NCBI RefSeq assembly: GCF_963921235.1
Contig: NC_086101.1
Coordinates: 158,038,001-158,102,000 of the forward strand
Direction: 5' to 3'
DNA: 64,000 nucleotides
Origin: Mobula hypostoma
Lineage: Eukaryota
A program made the position numbers and the translations under genes. The notes below the pieces were generated by a model. The model had not been told where the DNA came from and ran no database searches. It saw only the letters and a program-made list of their open reading frames with translations. Positions 38,714 to 53,028 of the stretch are shown in pieces (within the stretch, counting starts at the first letter, position 1; each line of letters opens with the position of its first letter).

Positions 38714-39519
38714 TTAATATTGTTACAAACATCCAAGGCTGGTTTGCATGCACATATATGTTAGAAGTTTCACCTTGCGTCCTAAACCTGTTGACTTATA
38801 GTAGAGTGTAATCCATAGGTCTAGGAGTTGACCAGCCAATCTTCATGTTTTGGTATATGGTGTGTAACCAACTTCCACTAACCCTTAGAGCCTGTGTTGT
38901 TTTCTGATCACTTACAATTATGGAAATAACTTGGAAAATGCGTAGCTTGGCTTGGGAACCATCAGTTCCAATTTTTCTATGGGCTCTGGCCTTGACTCTT
39001 CAATGAAGTGGCTTATTGAAAGCCCTTTAGTCAATGTTTTGTAAGGTTAACTTTTAGTATAAACCCAAGAAGAACGCCATCTTTACCATTTCTCCCCTAC
39101 TCCTTCACCCTCATTCTCCTTGAGTAAATATCTGCATTGAATTCTGCAGCAAATTCACATCACGAGTGTGCATGATAGCTTGAACTTGATAATATTTCCA
39201 TAAATAAATTGTAATAAGAACAAATCTGAGCTCTGTTGGTATCCACTCAAATACCCTGCTGTATTACAACATCACTACAAGTAATTGCTGAGATGTACTG
39301 TGCACTGGGTGGGAAGAGAAAAATAAACATCACTTCAAGGACAACACTTACGTCACTCACAAAGACCAGACAAGGGCACACTATAACATCGGCAGGAAAT
39401 TCACAACTCGCCCAAAGTTGTTAATCATTTATGGTTGATTTTTTAAAATCAAATCTGAGTTTGCTTCACAAACTGGATGCAGTTTTATATAAAATAGTCC
39501 TTTTGTAGCTAAACAAGCA

Positions 39520-40550
39520 CCATGGTGAGGGTGCAGAGGAGATTTATTGGACTGCTGCTTGGGTTCAAAGGAGAGTTTGGTCACTCTGGATCTTTATTGC
39601 CGGGAGCACAGGAGAATGAGGGGTGACATCACAGAAGTTTACAAAATCATGAATGTGGGTAAGATCATAGTCTTTTCCACAGGGCTGGGGAGTCCAGAAC
39701 TACGGGGCACAGATACAGAACAAGAGAGGAGAGATTTAAAACAGATCTGTGAGTTAAGTTCTTTATGCACAGAGTAGTGAGAACTTGGAACGAGCTTCCA
39801 GAGTAATAGAGGTGGGTACCATTGCAACATTTAAGAAGTATTTGGATAGGCATATGAAAGGGAAGGGCTTGGAGGGTTATGGTCTGAATGTGGTCAACTG
39901 GGACCAGCAGGGAAGACTGAAGGTCCAACTGGTCTATGATAACTAGCATCCTCCCTGCTAGTCTCTGCGCTGGATTTAGATTAGTTATTAGTGGGTTCAT
40001 TTTATCAGACTTTTCGATGCTAATAAAAACTAATCTAATTTAATAAAGCTCCTTCAGATGCGCTGTTGAAGGTATCCTGATTGATTGCATCATAGTCTTC
40101 TTTGGCAATTTGAATCACAGCAACATAGGAAGCTGTAGAGAGTCGTGGACTCTGCCCAGTGCATCACAGGCATATCTCCTCCCCACTATTTGTAATGGAA
40201 ACACTGCCCCTAAAAAGCAAATTGATCAAGATCCCCACCATGTCCTCTTTTTGCAGATACCATCAGGCAAGAGGCACAGAAACCTGAACAAACGTGCCTT
40301 CAACCATTTGGTTCTTGAACCAACAGGTAAAACCCTAATCACTAGTTTAACAATACTTTGACCACTTTGCACTAAAATGGACTTTTTTTTGTTCTAATTC
40401 TAATTCTTGTAAAAAAAAATTGGGTATAATTTGTTTTTCCTGTGAATGCTGCTTATATGTTGCAATGTGTCTGCCATGCTGTAGCAAGTAAAGGTTTTTT
40501 TTGCAACTGTGCACACATGTACTTCTGCATACGACAATAATTTTGACTTT
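39520..40550 (+). mobile_element. Decayed CR1 3' fragment (~39520-39930) followed by a Rex1/Babar-like 3' fragment (~40050-40550)
   Basis: RRMRGDITEVYKIM motif; ..PSGKRHR.. and a GACTTT-type tail. Confidence 0.6.
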
Positions 40551-40929
40551 GACTTAGCTACTGAGCTACGCCTTAGCTCAGCACGGGTCAGTATTGCTGA
40601 ACTTTGGTTTATTTTAGTAGGGATTGTAAAATTAAATTTGGGTTATCAGACTAGTAAACTGGATAAATAAAGCCTTTCATGCTTAGTGCAAAGCTTCAAC
40701 TGCAATTTAGTACAGCATGGACACCAACTCCAGCAATCCATATTTTCCATAATCTATTACAGCATAGAAAGCCACTCAGTCTGTCAAATATATGTCATTT
40801 TACTGAGTAATCCCATTCTTCCACTAATTCTTGTTGTATCCTATTGCTGTCACATTCTCTTCAATTCCTCTCAGCTCTGACTATTCACCCACACACTGGG
40901 GTAACCTACATCAATCAATTAATCGACTA

Positions 40930-41082
40930 CATGTCTTTGGGATGTGAGAGAGAACAGAAGCACCCAGAGGAAGCACATGTTGTCATAGGGAGAGCGTGCA
41001 AAATCCATGCAAACAACGCGAAGTCCAGATTGAACCTGGATCACTGGAGCTCTGAGGAGCAGCTTCACTAATTGTGCCACTC
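40930..41082 (-). mobile_element. tRNA-derived SINE fragment (HE1/V-SINE-like)
   Basis: The reverse complement begins GTGGCACAATTAG...GGTTCAATC (pol III box-like), followed by a V-domain-like core. A smaller piece lies at ~17850-17892. Confidence 0.65.
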
Positions 41083-43589
41083 AGAATCCATTCCCATCTC
41101 CCTGACGGTATAACAGCAAGAAAGTTACACTCTGTGTTCACGTTTGACTCCAGAGACTGGAGCAGAGGAAATCATGAGCACCACAATAGGGCAGCATTGT
41201 GAACACCCAGCCCACAACGTAGCTGCTCCATATCAAACATTCAGCTGAGACCATCAGCTTGATGCCAAAGAGCTCAGGAGATTATTGAGAGAGCAACAAT
41301 GTGCTCTAGGTGTTGCAGACAAAAGTTATCTCCACCCTCTTCACTAAATCCCAAACAAATTATCCAGGTTGTTTATTTTATTGAAAGTCATTGACTTTGT
41401 ACAAAAATGACAGACATCTGCCCAATGAGAATGCACCCTGCCAGGTGTGGTCCTCTTTGAATTCTACCTCACAGAGAGATTTGAAGAGTGGAACCAGCAC
41501 TGAATCATTTACGTTCAAATGAGAGAGTATCCTGGGATAGATACTGTACACAAGTCATTTGAGACATGATACTTGATAGGAGATGAGAGGATTTTCCCTG
41601 GCTAAAAATGTTGGATCTGCCTTCCTTGGCACTTAGGAGAGTCTTCATGAAACATACAGAAGTGGGCATGAGGGAATCTCAGAAGAGGGTCCATATATAC
41701 ACAATTAAGGAGTGGTCATTTATAACATTGCATTTAAAATTCAGACGTGTAAGAATTTCTTGTCACAGATGGTGTGAAATTTATGGAATTCTTTACCCCA
41801 GATGATTGTGAAGATGGGATTAGTAGGAATATTTAAATGGGAAGGTATAAAATCTTGCAAGTCCAGGGAATTGAGAGCTAGGGAGAACTGCCACAAGAGA
41901 GGAGGTCTTCAGCCACAATCAGATTCAATGGTGGAGCCAGAATCCTACTCTGTTTGTCTTCCCAGTGTGTTCTTGTGGGTGGTAACTGTAATATGTTCAG
42001 GAGGAAGAGGTGACTTTAGAACTGGGGGTCACAAACTTTTCTAGGAATTCACATCATGTTTGGGTCCATTGAAGATCAGTTGACAAACACCAATTCTCAT
42101 CTTTAGAAAACATTCCAAAATGTGGACTTCCCTTATTCCACAATCAAAGCATTCAAATCAAATGGCCTCACTCACAAGGTTAAGGACTGGATGCCCAGAG
42201 GCAGCCTGTCCTTTTCTATTTACAGTGAGGCAGCATGTCCGGGGTTGGAGGCTTATCTGTGTAAGTGAGTGGGTGGGAAAGGAGCTTGTTTTGTCGGTGT
42301 TGTTTTGTTTTTTGTTACTGCTGATGGTGTTGTTCTGCTGAACATTGCGGGCATGGTACGCTGGCATTGGAATATGTGGCAACACATGCAGGCTGCCCCC
42401 AGCACATCCTTAGGTGTGTCGGTTGTTAACACAGATGGCCCATTTCTCTGTATATTTCATTGCACACATGATAAGTAAATCTGAATCTCAGTCACCCAAC
42501 AATTTCTAAGCTGAAGTTAATGTTTGAACGGAATCACTAATTGGGTTACATTTGATTGCCAATCTTACTGGCCTGCAATCAGTAGCAAAATTACAGCACC
42601 TGTCTGACTGTAATAAAAGAAAAATACACTTTCCAGTGATCCTCCCACATGAGATTTTAATGGTGCATTGTTCTACCTTGTAGAGATGTGCAGCAACGTT
42701 GGATCAAAATCTTGGAAGGACCTTCTCAGACACTGGTGGAAAACAAGCCTCAGGTCTCATACCCAGTTATTACCCCTCAAACAGCAGGCTCTTGCACAAG
42801 GGTAGCTTCACTCACTCCAACACCTAACTGATTCCACAAACTTTGCACTCACTTTTTCAGACTCTACAACTCGTGTCCTAATCATCTATTGCTTGTATAT
42901 TTATTATTACTTTTTATATTTGCACAGTTGGTTGTCTTGTGCACAGTGGTTGTTTGTCCTTCTATATGTGGTTTTTCATTTATTCTACTGCTTTTCTTTG
43001 CACCTATTGTGAATGCCCACAAGAAAATGAATCTCAGGGTAGTATATGGGGACATGTATGTACTTTAATAATAATCTACTCTGAACTTTGAACTTGAAGT
43101 TTAGGAAATGCAACATCCCAGCAAAGTCTAGAACATCACGTACAGGCTGAGAGTGGCAATTCAAGCAAATGACAGACAATGATGATACCCAGAAATAGAG
43201 CTACTATCAATCTTTGACATCAACAGCCTACAAATAAAGAGAAGAAATGTCTTTACTCAGATGATGGTGAATTCTTGGAATTCTCTACCCAAGAGGGCTC
43301 AAAACTGAGTTGGAGGTGTTTTTTTTTTGGATATTGGAGGAATCAAGGGCAAGAAAGTACTGTGAGTCTAAGTAGGCCGAGTATCACGCAGGCTTCTTTG
43401 TAATATAACTGGCACAGCTGAGCAGGGCAATCAGTGGCTGTGGTGTGTCTGGATTGTCAGAAGACAGCTAATAAATTAGTGCATGAAAGACTGTTACATA
43501 AAATGAGAGTTCATGTGGTTCGAATGGTATGCTAGAAGAAGTATGGAAACAACAGCAGGAAAAAGAGAAAAGAAATAAACAGGAGGTCA

Positions 43590-44232
43590 AAGACAAGAAC
43601 ATCTGGAGATGCTGGAAATTGAAGCAACACACACAAAATGCTGGAGGAACTCAGAAGCATCTATGGAGAAGAGTACAGTAGATGTTTCAGGCCAAGACTC
43701 TTCATCAGGACTAGAAAAGATGAGAAGTTAGATCAAGAAGGTGAGGGGAGGAAGAAGTACAAGGCAGCAGGTGATAGGTGAAACTAGGAGGAGGAGTGGG
43801 GAAAGGGAGGAGTGAAATAAAGAGCTGGGAAGCTGATTGACAAAAGAGATACGGGGCTGGAGGAGGGAGAGTCTGATAGGAGTGGGTAGAAGACCATGGA
43901 AGGAAGCGAAGGAGGGAGAAGCATCAGAGGGAGGAGATGGGCAGGTAAGGAGATGAGGTGAGAGGGGAAAACAGGAGTGGGAAAGGTGAAGCGCAGGCAA
44001 TTACCCGAAGTCCAAGAAATTGATGTTCATGCCATCAGGTTGGCAGCTACCTAGACAGAATACAAGATATTGTTCCTCCAACCTGAGTGTGGCCTCATTG
44101 CAGCAGAGGTGGCCATAGACTGACAAGTTGGAATGGGGATGGGAAGTAGAAATGAATTGGTTGGCCACTGGGAGATCCTGCTTTTTCTGACGGATGCAGT
44201 GTAGGTACTTGGTAATGTGAGCTCCCAATCTT
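43590..44232 (-). mobile_element. Penelope-like element 3' fragment
   Basis: DLPVANQF..RLEEQYLVFCLGSCQPDGMNINF; HHR-like CTGATGAAGAGTCTTGGCCTGAAACATC on the minus strand at ~43680-43712. Confidence 0.85.
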
Positions 44233-44781
44233 TATCAGGTTGTAAACAGTTGCAACAAGGATCACTATTACAAACTACTTGTGCATCATTGATTTGATTT
44301 AAAATAGAGCATGAGATATTCAGGTTTACAGATAATACAAAGCTTTGTTGGAAAGTGAGCTAGAAAGATAATCAGCAGAGAGTGGCTGGTAAAGTGGCAG
44401 ATGGAGAGTAATACAGTATAACAAATTATGTATTTAACGGTTAGTTATGCATTTTGCACTTATAATATATAATACTCATTTACACAGATAATTATGTAAT
44501 ATTATGTAATTTAGCAGAAAAAAGGAAATAGCAAGCATTTCAAATAGTATTAGGAAATTGTGATGATAGCATTTTCCTACATTGTGAGAGTAAACATGTT
44601 TCAAAAGTACTTCATTTCATCATATGTGACAGAAGGTGCAAGATCACTACAAATTCAAAATTTATTTCTTTCCTTAATACTTCAGATTGACCAGCTGTAC
44701 TCTCAGAAAAGGCAGAGTATTTCAGTCTCAATACACAATTTCTATCAGCCTTGAGATAGCTAATAAAGAAAAAGGTACTTT

Positions 44782-45821
44782 ATACTTTATTGTCGCCAAA
44801 CAATTGATACTAGAACGTACAATCATCACAGCGATAGTTAACTCAGCGCTTCGCGCTCCCTGGATTACAAATCAATAGTAAATATTAAAAATTTAAATTA
44901 TAAATCATAAATAGGAAATAGAAAAGGGAAAGTAAGGTAATGCAAAAAAACCGAGAGGCAGGTCCGGATATTTAGAGGGTATGCCCCAGATCCGGGTCAG
45001 GATCCGCTCAGCAGTCTTATCACAGTTGGAAAGAAGCTGTTCCCAAATCTGGCCGTACGAGTCTTCAAGCTCCTGAGCCTTCTCCTGGAGGGAAGAGGGA
45101 TGAAAAGTGTGTTGGCTGGGTGGGTCATGTCCTTGATTATCCTGGCAGCACTGCTCCGACAGCGTACGGTATAAAGCGAGTCCAAGGATGGAAGATTGGT
45201 TTGTGTGATGTGCTGGGCTGTGTTCACGATCTTCTGCAGCTTCTTCCGGTCTTGGACAGGACAACTTCCATACCAGGTTGTGATGCACCCGAGAAGAATG
45301 CTTTCTACAGTGCATCTATAAAAATTAGTGAAGGTTTTAGGGGACAGGCCAAATTTCTTTAGTTTTCTCAGGAAGTAAAGGCGCTGGTGGGCCTTCTTGG
45401 CAGTGGACTCTGCTTGGTTGGACCAAGTCAAGTCATTTGTGATATTGACCCCGAGGAACTTAAAGCTTTTAACCTGTTCCACTTGCGCACCACAGATGTA
45501 AATTGGGTCGTGCAGTCCACTACTCCTTCTGAAGTCAACAACCAATTGCTTCGTCTTGCTGACGTTGAGGGATAGGTTATTGTCTTCGCACCATGCCACT
45601 AGGTTCTTAATTTCCTCTCTGTACTCAAACTCATCATTACCCGAGATACAGCCTACGATTGTGCTGTCATCAGCAAACTTATATATTGAGTTCGATGGAA
45701 ACTTGGCTACACAATCATGGGTGTACAGCAAGTACAGCAGGGGGCTGAGTGCCCCACAAGGCTGTGTACCGGTGCGCACAGTGATTGTAGAGGAGAGCTT
45801 GTCCCCTATTTTTACAACCTG
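44782..45821 (-). mobile_element. 5'-truncated Rex1/Babar-like LINE (RT C-terminal half + 3' UTR), 8-bp TSD
   Basis: ORF 44997-45779: LSPLLY..YTHDC..KFADD..LNVSKTK..FLG..NSFFP. TSD GGTACTTT at 44774-44781 and 45822-45829; AATAAAGTATAAAGTA tail. Confidence 0.9.
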
Positions 45822-46199
45822 GGTACTTTCAAAATGCTGCTATAAATCAACATTTAAATATAAAACTAACATAACTCACATCAACTAAATGAACACAAAC
45901 TGTATGCCATATAAAGGCAAGTTTAACTGAATTTTTCAATCCTGTCTTAAAACACTTAAGTCTTTACTAGTTTAAGCCCTTCCCTTTCAGACCTGTTGAG
46001 CATTCAAAACAGGCACCAAAAGAAAGTTGTGGAAAAATACTCACTCAGCATGTTTCTCAACCTCACCTCTCAGATGGCAGTGATCCTAAAGGCTGTAATT
46101 AAGTTTCCTCTTTCTAATTATTGCTTTTCTTCATACAACGGAAGCTTTCAAGTTTTTATCAATAGTAATTCAAAAAGTAAAGTAAGTAACATATTGCTG

Positions 46200-46527
46200 A
46201 AAGGCCTAGTGGATGTGGGGAGAGGATGTTTCCAATGGTGGGAGAATCTCAGACTAGAGGGTACAGCCTCAGAATGGAAGGATGTCCCTTTAGAACAGAG
46301 ATGAGGAGGAATTTCTTTAGCCAGAGGGCAGTGAATCTGTGGAATTCATTGCCACTGGTGGCTGTGGAGACCAAGTCATTAAAGTGGAGTTTGATAGGTT
46401 ATTGATTAGTAAGGGTGTCAAAGGTTACGGGGAGAAGGCAGAAGAATGGGGCTGAGAGTGAAAATAAATCAGCCATGGGGCAGACTTGATGGGGCGAATG
46501 GCCTAATTCTGCTCCTATGTCCTATGG
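46200..46527 (+). mobile_element. CR1 3' end fragment
   Basis: GTGAATCTGTGGAATTCATTGCC...GAATGGCCTAATTCTGCTCCTATGTCCTATGG. Confidence 0.8.
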
Positions 46528-47228
46528 TGTTATACAACTGTTTATCGGGCAGTTTGTTACTTTCACCAGATAAAGATCTCCACCTAACTGAGAGGAACAA
46601 AAATTGAATGGGAAGAAAAAAAACTGAACACATGGACAGTGAACCAATAGATAACATTTCCCCACCTAACGATGATAGCTATTGTATATTGCACCTTCAA
46701 CTGTTTGCTTTGTCCCAACTGTTCCCATTTTGCAATATGAAACAATACGATCTATTCATCGTTTCCATGAAAACGTTGAACTTGCATTTGTATAGCAGCT
46801 TTCATTATTTCAAGGCACTCAAAGTACGCTGTCACCAGTGGAGTACACTTTGATATTAATCAAACTCTGTGATATAAAGCAGATTACAAGGTCTTATATT
46901 GGCTGTTATTCGTTAAAGAATAACCGTGGCGGGACCCACGTTTCGCGAGTCTTAATGGACAGGCGCTCCTCCTCCGCTTGGTATTGTACTCCAGACCTTC
47001 AGCCTTCAGACTACGATCTGCGGGGCGGGGGGAGGAAGCGATGTTCCAATCTTTGGACTCGGAGTTAACCACCGAGAGAAGGCCGTGCACAAAGAGAAAA
47101 TCAGTTAATGAGGCCAGTCCATAATGTTATCTTCACCCACATTCTGCAGTCTTTGGGTCAGCAACAAACAGGCCAGTCCCCAAACACTCTCATTACACAG
47201 GGCACCCGGGAAAACACATCGGGAAACA

Positions 47229-47586
47229 AATCAAGGACACGACCCACCCAGCCAACACACTTTTTGTCCCTCTTCCCTCCGGGGGAAGGCTCAGGAGCTT
47301 GAAGACTCGTACGGCCAGATTTGGGAACAGATTCTTTCCAACTGTGATAAGACTGCTGAACGGATCCTGACCCGGATCTGGGCCGTACCCACCAAATATC
47401 CGGACCTGCCTCTCGGTTTCTTTGCACTACCTTACTTTCCCTTTTCTATTTTCTATTTATGATTTATAATTTAAATTTTTAATATTTACTATCGATTTGT
47501 ACTCCAGGGAGCACGAAGAGCAGAATCAAATATCGCTGTGATGATTGTACGCTCTAGTATTAATTGTTTGGCGACAATAAAGTACA
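47229..47586 (+). mobile_element. 3' end (~360 bp) of the same Rex1/Babar-like LINE family
   Basis: Close reverse-complement match to 44782-45140 (…LKTRTARFGN…, GTTTGGCGACAATAAAGTA). Confidence 0.9.
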
Positions 47587-47619
47587 GTATAAAGGATACA
47601 TGGATACAAAGGGTCAATT

Positions 47620-48270
<651 letters not shown>

Positions 48271-48344
48271 ATTCGATTGTGCGCTCAACTCTATTCCTCC
48301 ACCTCCTTGCTTATCAGGGATCTTTCTGACCTGCCTTAAAATAT

Positions 48345-49290
48345 TAGAGCACTCACATTGACCATAATAACGTGCTTCGAGAGGCTGTTGGTGCTGAGGA
48401 TTAATTCGTGCCTGAGCAAGGGGACCCACTCCATTTTGCCCTCCATAGCGGTTGCAATCTCTGGTTCTCCATCCTGCTTCCGAGCACATAGACAACACAA
48501 AATGTGCATCGCGCTGCTGTTTACGGATTACAACTCGTCGTTCAATACCTTCATCCCTCGGTATTAATAACCAAGCTTCTAAAAGCGGTGTAACTGGATC
48601 TTCAATTTCCTTATCGGGAGACTACAGTCAGTACATATCGGTGATAGGGATACCTCGGGAATGCATGTTTAGCCCACTGTTCTGCCGTCTCTACACTTAA
48701 TGACTGCGTGGCTAGGCACAGCTCAAATGTCATCTCTGAATTCGCAGATGGCGTGACGGTTATTGATAAAATCTCGAGTTGCGACTGGTTGAGTGGGATG
48801 GCGAGAACAACCTCACTCTCAGTATCAGCAAGAGGAGGGATGATTGTGGACTTTGGCAAGGGAATGTCGGGAGGACACAAACCAGTCCTCACTGAGGGGT
48901 CAGCAATGGAAAGGCGAAGCGACTTCATGTTCCTGGGCAAACACGAGGAAATCTGCGGATGCTGGAAATTCAGGCAACACACACAAAATGCTGGTGGGAC
49001 GCAGCAGATCAGGCAGATATAGGAAGAGGTACAGTCGACGCTTCGGGCCAAGCCTCTTCTTGTTATTACAATCAGGGAGGAGATACAGGAGTACGAAGAC
49101 CTACAATCAATTCCAAAATAGATTCTTTCCTCCACAATCATATTTCTAAATGGTCCATGAACATTACCTCATTATTCCTATTTTTGCACTAGTTATTTTG
49201 AGATTTATAGTAATTCTGTCATTGTGCTGTACTACTGATGCAAAACAACACATTTCACGTCATGTAGACAGCGATAATAAATCAGGTTAT
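48345..49290 (+). mobile_element. Decayed Rex1/Babar-like LINE with a nested minus-strand PLE terminus (~48940-49050)
   Basis: CFERL, LFTDYNSSFNT and EFADGVTVI remnants; nested AAATCTGCGGATGCTGGAAATTCAGGCAACACACACAAAATGCTGG. Confidence 0.7.
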
Positions 49291-49348
49291 GATTTACATC
49301 GCCCTTTGAGAAAGTGTGTTGCAAAGGCTCACAGTCTTGAGTGAAAAT

Positions 49349-52300
49349 CAGTCAGAGGGCGGAAAGCGAAGGTGAGCAGACAGGTAGTGCCGAGCACCCC
49401 TGTAGCCATTCCTCTGAATAATAAGTTTACCGTCCTGGATACTGTTGGTGGGGACGACCGACCAGGTGTGAGCCACGGTGGCAGGGCCTCCGGCACTGAG
49501 TCTGACCCTGTGGTGCGGAAGGGTGGGATGGACAAGAGGAGAGCTGTCGTAATTGGAGACTCTATAGTCAGGGGAGCAGACAGGAGATTTTGTGGACGTG
49601 AGAAGGACACCCGCATGATTTGTTGCCTCCCGGCTGCCAGGGTCTGGTATGTCTCTGACCGGGTGCACGACATCCTGGTACGAGAGGGAAAGCAACCAGA
49701 AGTCGTGATACATGTTGGGACCAACGACATAGGCAGGAAGAGGGATGAGGTCCTGAAGTGTGAGTTTCGGGAACTAGGCAGAAGGCTGAATAACAGGACC
49801 TCAAGGGTGGCGTTCTCAGGATTGCTGCCAGTGCTACGTGACAGTGATGGTAAGAATTGGAGGAGATGGCAGTTGAATGCGTGGCTGAGGAGTTGGTGCA
49901 GGGAGCAGGGTTTTAGATTTTTGGATCATTGAGATCTCCTCTAGGGAAGGTGGGACCTGTACAGATTGGATGCGTTGCACCTGAACTCGAGGGGGAGCAA
50001 TATCCTTGCAGGTAGGTTCGCTGGCATGGTTCGGGAGGGTTTAAACTAACTGGCAAGGGGGTGGGACCCAGAGCGATAGAGCAGCGGAAGAAGTGCATGG
50101 AGTAAAGCCAGATCTAACATATAGAGGGGCTTTGAGGAAAGAGAAGCAGAATAAACGGTGTAAAGACAGCAAGGTAGAAGGGCTGAAATGTGTGCACCTC
50201 AATGCAAAAAGCATCAGGAACAAAGGTGATGAACTGAGAGCTTGGATACATGCATGGAATTATGATGTAGTGGCCATTACAGAGACTTGGCTGGCACCAG
50301 GGCAGGAATGGATTCTCAATATTCCTGGATTTCAGTGCTTTAAAAGGGATAGAGAGGGTGGAAAAGGGGGAGGAGGGGTGGCATTACTGGTCAGGGATAC
50401 CATTACAGCTACAGAAAGGGTGGGTAATGTAGCAGGATCCTCTTTTGAGTCAGTATGGGTGGAAGTCAGGAACAGGAAGGGAGCAGTTACTCTATTGGGG
50501 GTATTCTATAGGCCCCCTGGTAGCAGCAGAGATACAGAAGAGCAGATTGGGAGGCAGGTTTTGGAAAGGTGCAAAAATAACAGGGTTGTTATCATGGGTG
50601 ACTTTAACTTCCCTAATATTGATCTGCACCTGATTAGTTCCAAGGGTTTAGATGGGGCAGAGTTTGTTAAGTGTGTCCATGCTGGATTCCTGTCACAGTA
50701 TGTGAACTAGGGTGAATGCCATACTACATTTAGTACTAAGTAATGAACCGGGTCAGGTCACAGATCTCTGTGGGTGAGCATCTGGGGGACAGTGACCACC
50801 GCTCCCTGGCCTTTAGCATTATCATGGAAAAGGATAGAATCAGAGAGGACAGGAAAATTTTTAATTGGGGAAGTGCAAATTATGAGGCTACAAGGCTAGA
50901 ACTTGCGGATGTGAATTGGGATGATGTTTTTGCAGGGAAATGTACTATGGACATGTGGTCGATGTTTAGAGATCTCTTGCGGGATGCAAGGGATAAATTT
51001 GTCCCGGTGAGGAAGATAAAGAATAGTAGGGTGAAGGAATCATGGGTGACAAGTGAGGTGGAAAATCTAGTCAGGTGGAAGAAGGCAGCATACATGAGGT
51101 TTAGGAAGCAAGGATCAAATGGGTCTATTGAGGAATATAGGGAAGCAAGAAAGGAATTTAAGAAGGGGCTGAGAAGAGCAAGAAAGGAGCATGAGAAGGC
51201 CTTGGCGAGTAGGGTAAAGGAAAACCCCAAGGCATTCTTCAATTATGTGAAGAAAAAAAAGAATGACAGGAGTGAAGATAGGACCAATTAGAGATAAAGG
51301 TGGGAAGATGTGCCTGGAAGCTATGGAAGTGAGCGAGGTCCTCAATGAATACTTCTCTTCGGTATTCTCCAGTGAGAGGGAACTTGATGATGGTGAGGAC
51401 AATATGAGTGAGGTTGATGTTCTGGAGCATGTTGATATTAAGGGAGAGGAGGTGATGGAGTTGTTAAATTACGTTAGGACAGCTAAGTCCCCGGGGCCTG
51501 ACGGAATATTCCCCAGGCTGCTCCATGAGGTGAGGGAAGAGATTGCTGAGCCTCTGGTTAGGATCCTTATGTCCTCGTTGTCCATGGGAATGGTACCGGA
51601 GGATTGGAGGGAGGCGAATGTTGTCCCCTTATTCAAAAAAGTTAGTAGGGATAGTCCGGGTAATTATAGACCAGTGAGCCTTACGTCTGTGGTGGGAAAG
51701 CTGTTGGAAAAGATTCTTAGAGATAGGATCTCTGGGCATTTAGAGAATCATGGTCTGATCAGGGACAGTCAACATGGCTTTGTGAAGGGCAGATCGTGTC
51801 TAACAAGCCTGAGAGTGTTCTTTGAAAAGGTGACCAGGCATATAGATGAGGGTACTGCAATGGATGTGATCTATATGGATTTTAGTAAGGTATTTGACAA
51901 GGTTTCACATGGTAGGCTAGGCTTATTCAGAAAGTCGGAAGGCATGGGATCCGGGGAAGTTTGGCCAGGAGGATTCAGAATTGACTTGCCTGCAGAAGGC
52001 AGAGGGTTGTGGTGGAGGGAGTACATTCAGATTGGCGGATTGTGGCTAGCAGTGTCCCACAAGGATCTGTTCTGGGACCTCTACTTTTCGTGATCTTTAT
52101 TAATGACCTGGATGTGGGGGTAGAAGGGTGGGTTGGCAAGTTTGCAGATGACACAAAATTGGTGGTGTTGTAGATAGTGCAGAGGATTGTTGAAGATTGC
52201 AGAGAGACATTGATAGGATGCAGAAGTGGGCTGAGAAGTGGCAGATGGAGTTCAACCCGGAGAAGTGTGAGGTGGTACACTATGGAAGGACAAACTCCAA

Positions 52301-53028
52301 GGCAGATTACAAAGTAAATGGCAGGATACTTGGTAGTGTGGAGGAGCAGAGGGATCTAGGGGTACATGTCCACAGATCCCTGATAGTTGCCTCAAAGGTG
52401 GATAGGGTAGTTATGAAAGCTAACACCACATAAGCTTTCTTAAGTCGAGGGATAGAGTTTAAGAGTCGTGATGTAAAGATGCAGCTCTGTAAAACTCTGG
52501 TTAGGCCACAATTGGAGTACTGTGTCCAGTTCTGGTCGCCTCACTATAGGAAGGATGTGGAAGCATTGGAAAGGGTACAGAGGAGATTTATCAGGATGCT
52601 GCCTGGTTTAGAGAGTATGCATTATGATCAGAGATTAAGGGAGCTAGGGCTTTACTCTTTGGAGAGACAGAGGATGAGAGGAGACATGATAGAGGTGTAC
52701 AAGATAATGAGAGGAATAGATCGAGTGGATAGCCAGTGCCTTTTCCCCAGGGTACCACTGCTCAATACAAGAGGACATGGCTTTAAGGTAAGGGGTGGGA
52801 AGTTCAAGGGGGATATTAGAGGAAGGTTTTTTTACTCAGAGTGGTTGGTGCGTGGAATGCTCTGTCTGAGTCAGTGGTGGAGGCAGATACACTAGTGAAG
52901 TTTAAGAGACTACTAGACAGGTATATGGAGGAATTTAAGGTGGGGGGTTATATGGGAGTCAGGGTTTGAGGGTCGGTACAACATTGTGGGCCGAAGGGCC
53001 TGTATTGTGCTCTACTATTCTATGTTCT
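49349..53028 (+). mobile_element. Near-full-length CR1 LINE: ORF1 SGNH/GDSL-esterase domain + ORF2 endonuclease/RT, disrupted
   Basis: ORF1 VVIGDSIVR..VIHVGTND. ORF2 AITETWL, YRPPG, MGDFN, SDH, SPGPDG, QHGF, MDFSKVFDKV, FADD. TTCTATGTTCT tail; possible AAAAT TSD. Confidence 0.96.
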
